Shown here piece by piece: positions 61,668 through 64,000 of a stretch of DNA of 64,000 nt. The position numbers and the translations under genes were made by a program. The DNA comes from Hyphochytrium catenoides. Taxonomy: Eukaryota > Protista > Hyphochytriomycota. The stretch covers positions 1-64,000 of the forward strand of contig FLMG01002914.1 in NCBI GenBank assembly GCA_900088475.1, given 5' to 3'. The notes under the pieces were generated by a model that saw only the letters and a program-made list of their open reading frames with translations, was not told the origin of the DNA and searched no databases. Each line of letters begins with the position of its first letter. Position 1 is the stretch's first letter.

Positions 61668-62669
61668 AAGCGCGAGAGTTTGAACAGCGGACAGACGCAA
61701 CCCTGGCAACCTCAAGAAGCGGCACTCTGGAGATGTCTATTTGGCAAGCGTCGCCTAAGCCTGAACAGGCGAGAGAGAGAGGTGTGGCGGCGGTGGTGGG
61801 CAGAGGTGCAGCAGGTGAAGGCTTCATGCAGACGAGCTGTCTTTCAGGAAGGAGGAAGATCAGGGGGATGATGGAGCCCACTTTCTCATAAGGACCCAAC
61901 CCGAATTTGCAAAAGTTACTTTCGGTAAACCAGTTGTTAGATTCCTCAGGGAGGAAGGGTAGACTGGCTGTTTGCTACACCTGGACAAAGGCATGGACTT
62001 AACGGTGACCGAAAATTGACGAGTCATTGGAATGATTGGTAAGAATTACCCACTAATTTACGGTTTCTACCAATTGATGGGCTGGGCAAAAAGGAACCAC
62101 CCCCCTCCTAGACTCCTAGTGGTGAAGCTATCAAGAAGCGTGTGAGTCTGCCTTCCCCATCCCATCACTGATATCTACCGCCTCACGTCGACATCTACCC
62201 GACGTGTAACCTCCCACCCTCAAGGAGCCTCCTTATTAGCTCTTCCAACGCCCATGGACTGGACCTGACATAACTCGCCCACCCATCCGAAGGTTACGAA
62301 TTACTTTGAACCAGCTGACGTTGCTGTCACTCTCTCCCTTCATGGCTGCTGCTGGTGCAGCACTAGCCCCGGGGGAGAGCAGCTCCTCTTCTCAAGCCTG
62401 CAACTGCTCTGCCTGCCGCGGGGCGGGGGCGGCAGCTGAGAGCTCCGTCAGCCCTGATGATGGCCCATTGGCCTCCCTCTCCTAATGTCGCTCCATCCCT
62501 GAGGACACAGGCAGCCATCCGGGCATTTTGCATATTTCCCCTCACTCACCCATTCACAGGAGCAGCAATAGCTAGGGAAGACCTACCACCCACACCATTT
62601 CATAGCAGGAATTAGTCTCAACACCTATCCGCCCGTCAGCAACCTACAGTCAAGTGCAGGTTGCTCACC

Positions 62670-63698
62670 ATGGCCAATAGCCCTCGAGTATATGAAACGG
62701 AAGGGCCGACTGGCTTCAACTTCTTCGGGTTCCTGGGACACATCCTAGGCTCCAAGGGGTCAACGGGTTTTAGCTCTGCATCAACTGCAGAGGAGGTGGC
62801 AGCCACCTGGGATGGCAAGGGAAAAGTTGCGGTGGTTACTGGAGCATCGGCTGGCTTGGGCAAAGAATCTTCTCGGGTGCTGGCCTCGAGAGGTTGCGAA
62901 GTCATTCTTGCGTGCAGATCGGTAACTAAAGGGCAAGAAGCTGCCGATGAGATCAAGGCGCGGCACCCTGAGGCCAAGCTTAGTGTTATGGAGCTCGACC
63001 TTGCCTCGCTCGAGTCCGTCAAGAAGTTTAGTACGGCCTTCAAGAAGACGGGAAAGCGTTTGAACATTCTGCTCTGTAATGCGGGTGTGATGGCTTGCCC
63101 TTACGACCTCAGCTCCGACGACCATGAGATGCAGTTTGCAACCAATCACTTGGGCCACTTCTTCCTAACCAAGCTGCTAATGGGAACTCTTATTGAGTCT
63201 GCGAAGCAATCTAAACAGCGGAGCCGGGTGGTGGTGGTCTCCTCTGTGGCTCACTATATGACATATGGGAAGGGCGCGGGCGGACCCATCCGGTTAGAGA
63301 GCATGAACCAGAAAGAGAACTATCACTACTGGTCGGCTTACGGGCAGAGCAAGCTGTGTAACATTCTGTTCACTAGAGAGCTACACAAGCGTGGACCTCA
63401 GGAGCATATTTTAGCTGTCACTCTACATCCTGGGGCCGTAGTGACAGAGCTCCAGCGTCACCTCAATCCCAGCAACAGTTTCCTGTTAAGCGCTGGGCGC
63501 CTTGCCGTTCGCCCGTTCTTTAAGACCATTCCCCAAGGAGCCGCCACTCAAGTCCTTCTTGCGACGGCTGAGGGCGTGAAAGGTGGAGAGTACTATACTG
63601 ACTGCAATATTAGCGCATCCAGCGCCGCGGCACATGACGCTGAGCTGGGTGAAAAGCTCTGGGAGCTGAGCGAGAGGCTGGTTGCTGCCTATGAATAG
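62670..63698 (+). CDS. Short-chain dehydrogenase/reductase, TIC32/retinol-dehydrogenase-12-like, intronless
   Basis: GFSSASTAEEV (TIC32-like), TGASAGLG, CNAGVMA, FATNHLGHF, catalytic YGQSK, LHPGAV, QGAATQ. Confidence 0.95.
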   Translation: MANSPRVYETEGPTGFNFFGFLGHILGSKGSTGFSSASTAEEVAATWDGKGKVAVVTGASAGLGKESSRVLASRGCEVILACRSVTKGQEAADEIKARHPEAKLSVMELDLASLESVKKFSTAFKKTGKRLNILLCNAGVMACPYDLSSDDHEMQFATNHLGHFFLTKLLMGTLIESAKQSKQRSRVVVVSSVAHYMTYGKGAGGPIRLESMNQKENYHYWSAYGQSKLCNILFTRELHKRGPQEHILAVTLHPGAVVTELQRHLNPSNSFLLSAGRLAVRPFFKTIPQGAATQVLLATAEGVKGGEYYTDCNISASSAAAHDAELGEKLWELSERLVAAYE

Positions 63699-64000
63699 AT
63701 AGCAGTAGGTCGTAATAACGACGGAAGGAGAACCACTCCAAAGGGCGAAGATTTTGATGGGGAAGCAAGGTTATCTCCAACATGGTAGGGTTAACTCCAT
63801 CTAAAATACGTAGTAGCGGTGCTACACTGCCCTTACCTCCTTCTCGTTTGGCCACAGACCACTTACATACGTCCACAGTGACCGCGGCTATCACCTAAAT
63901 CTGCCTCTCTAGTCCTTTTTTCTTCTAAACTGTGTGTCCTCTCCCGCCTACATTCAACCGCCACACTCTCTCCATATTCATCAGACAACATGATGGGGGG

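Overview
Intron-rich eukaryotic nuclear DNA (about 50% GC by eye, canonical GT-AG introns, two N-gaps), probably from a stramenopile. That assignment is inferred from oomycete-type CBM1 modules and an oomycete-like Cys-rich surface protein; the taxon cannot be fixed from sequence alone. Gene order: glucose-6-phosphate 1-epimerase (-, runs off the window and is absent from the ORF track); RGG+WD40 protein (+); 1110-aa membrane-anchored protein with tandem CBM1-like modules on N/Q/G linkers (-); decayed paralogue and intact copy of a Cys-rich GPI-like protein (-); frameshifted F-box-like gene (+); LicD/MNN4-like phosphotransferase (+); Cys-rich GPI-like secreted protein (+); short-chain acyl-CoA dehydrogenase (+); secreted kelch protein (+); CPSF160 (+); RING-finger/Cdc48-like AAA+ fusion (-); ricin-B lectin (-); EF-hand protein (+); Sel1-repeat protein (-); TIC32-like SDR (+). 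The most notable items are the RING-Cdc48 fusion with a degenerate D1 Walker B, the CBM1 bead-on-string surface protein, a 103-bp duplication of a CPSF160 3' splice site, and insertion-biased pseudogene decay. All gene models were assembled by eye; no database searches were run.
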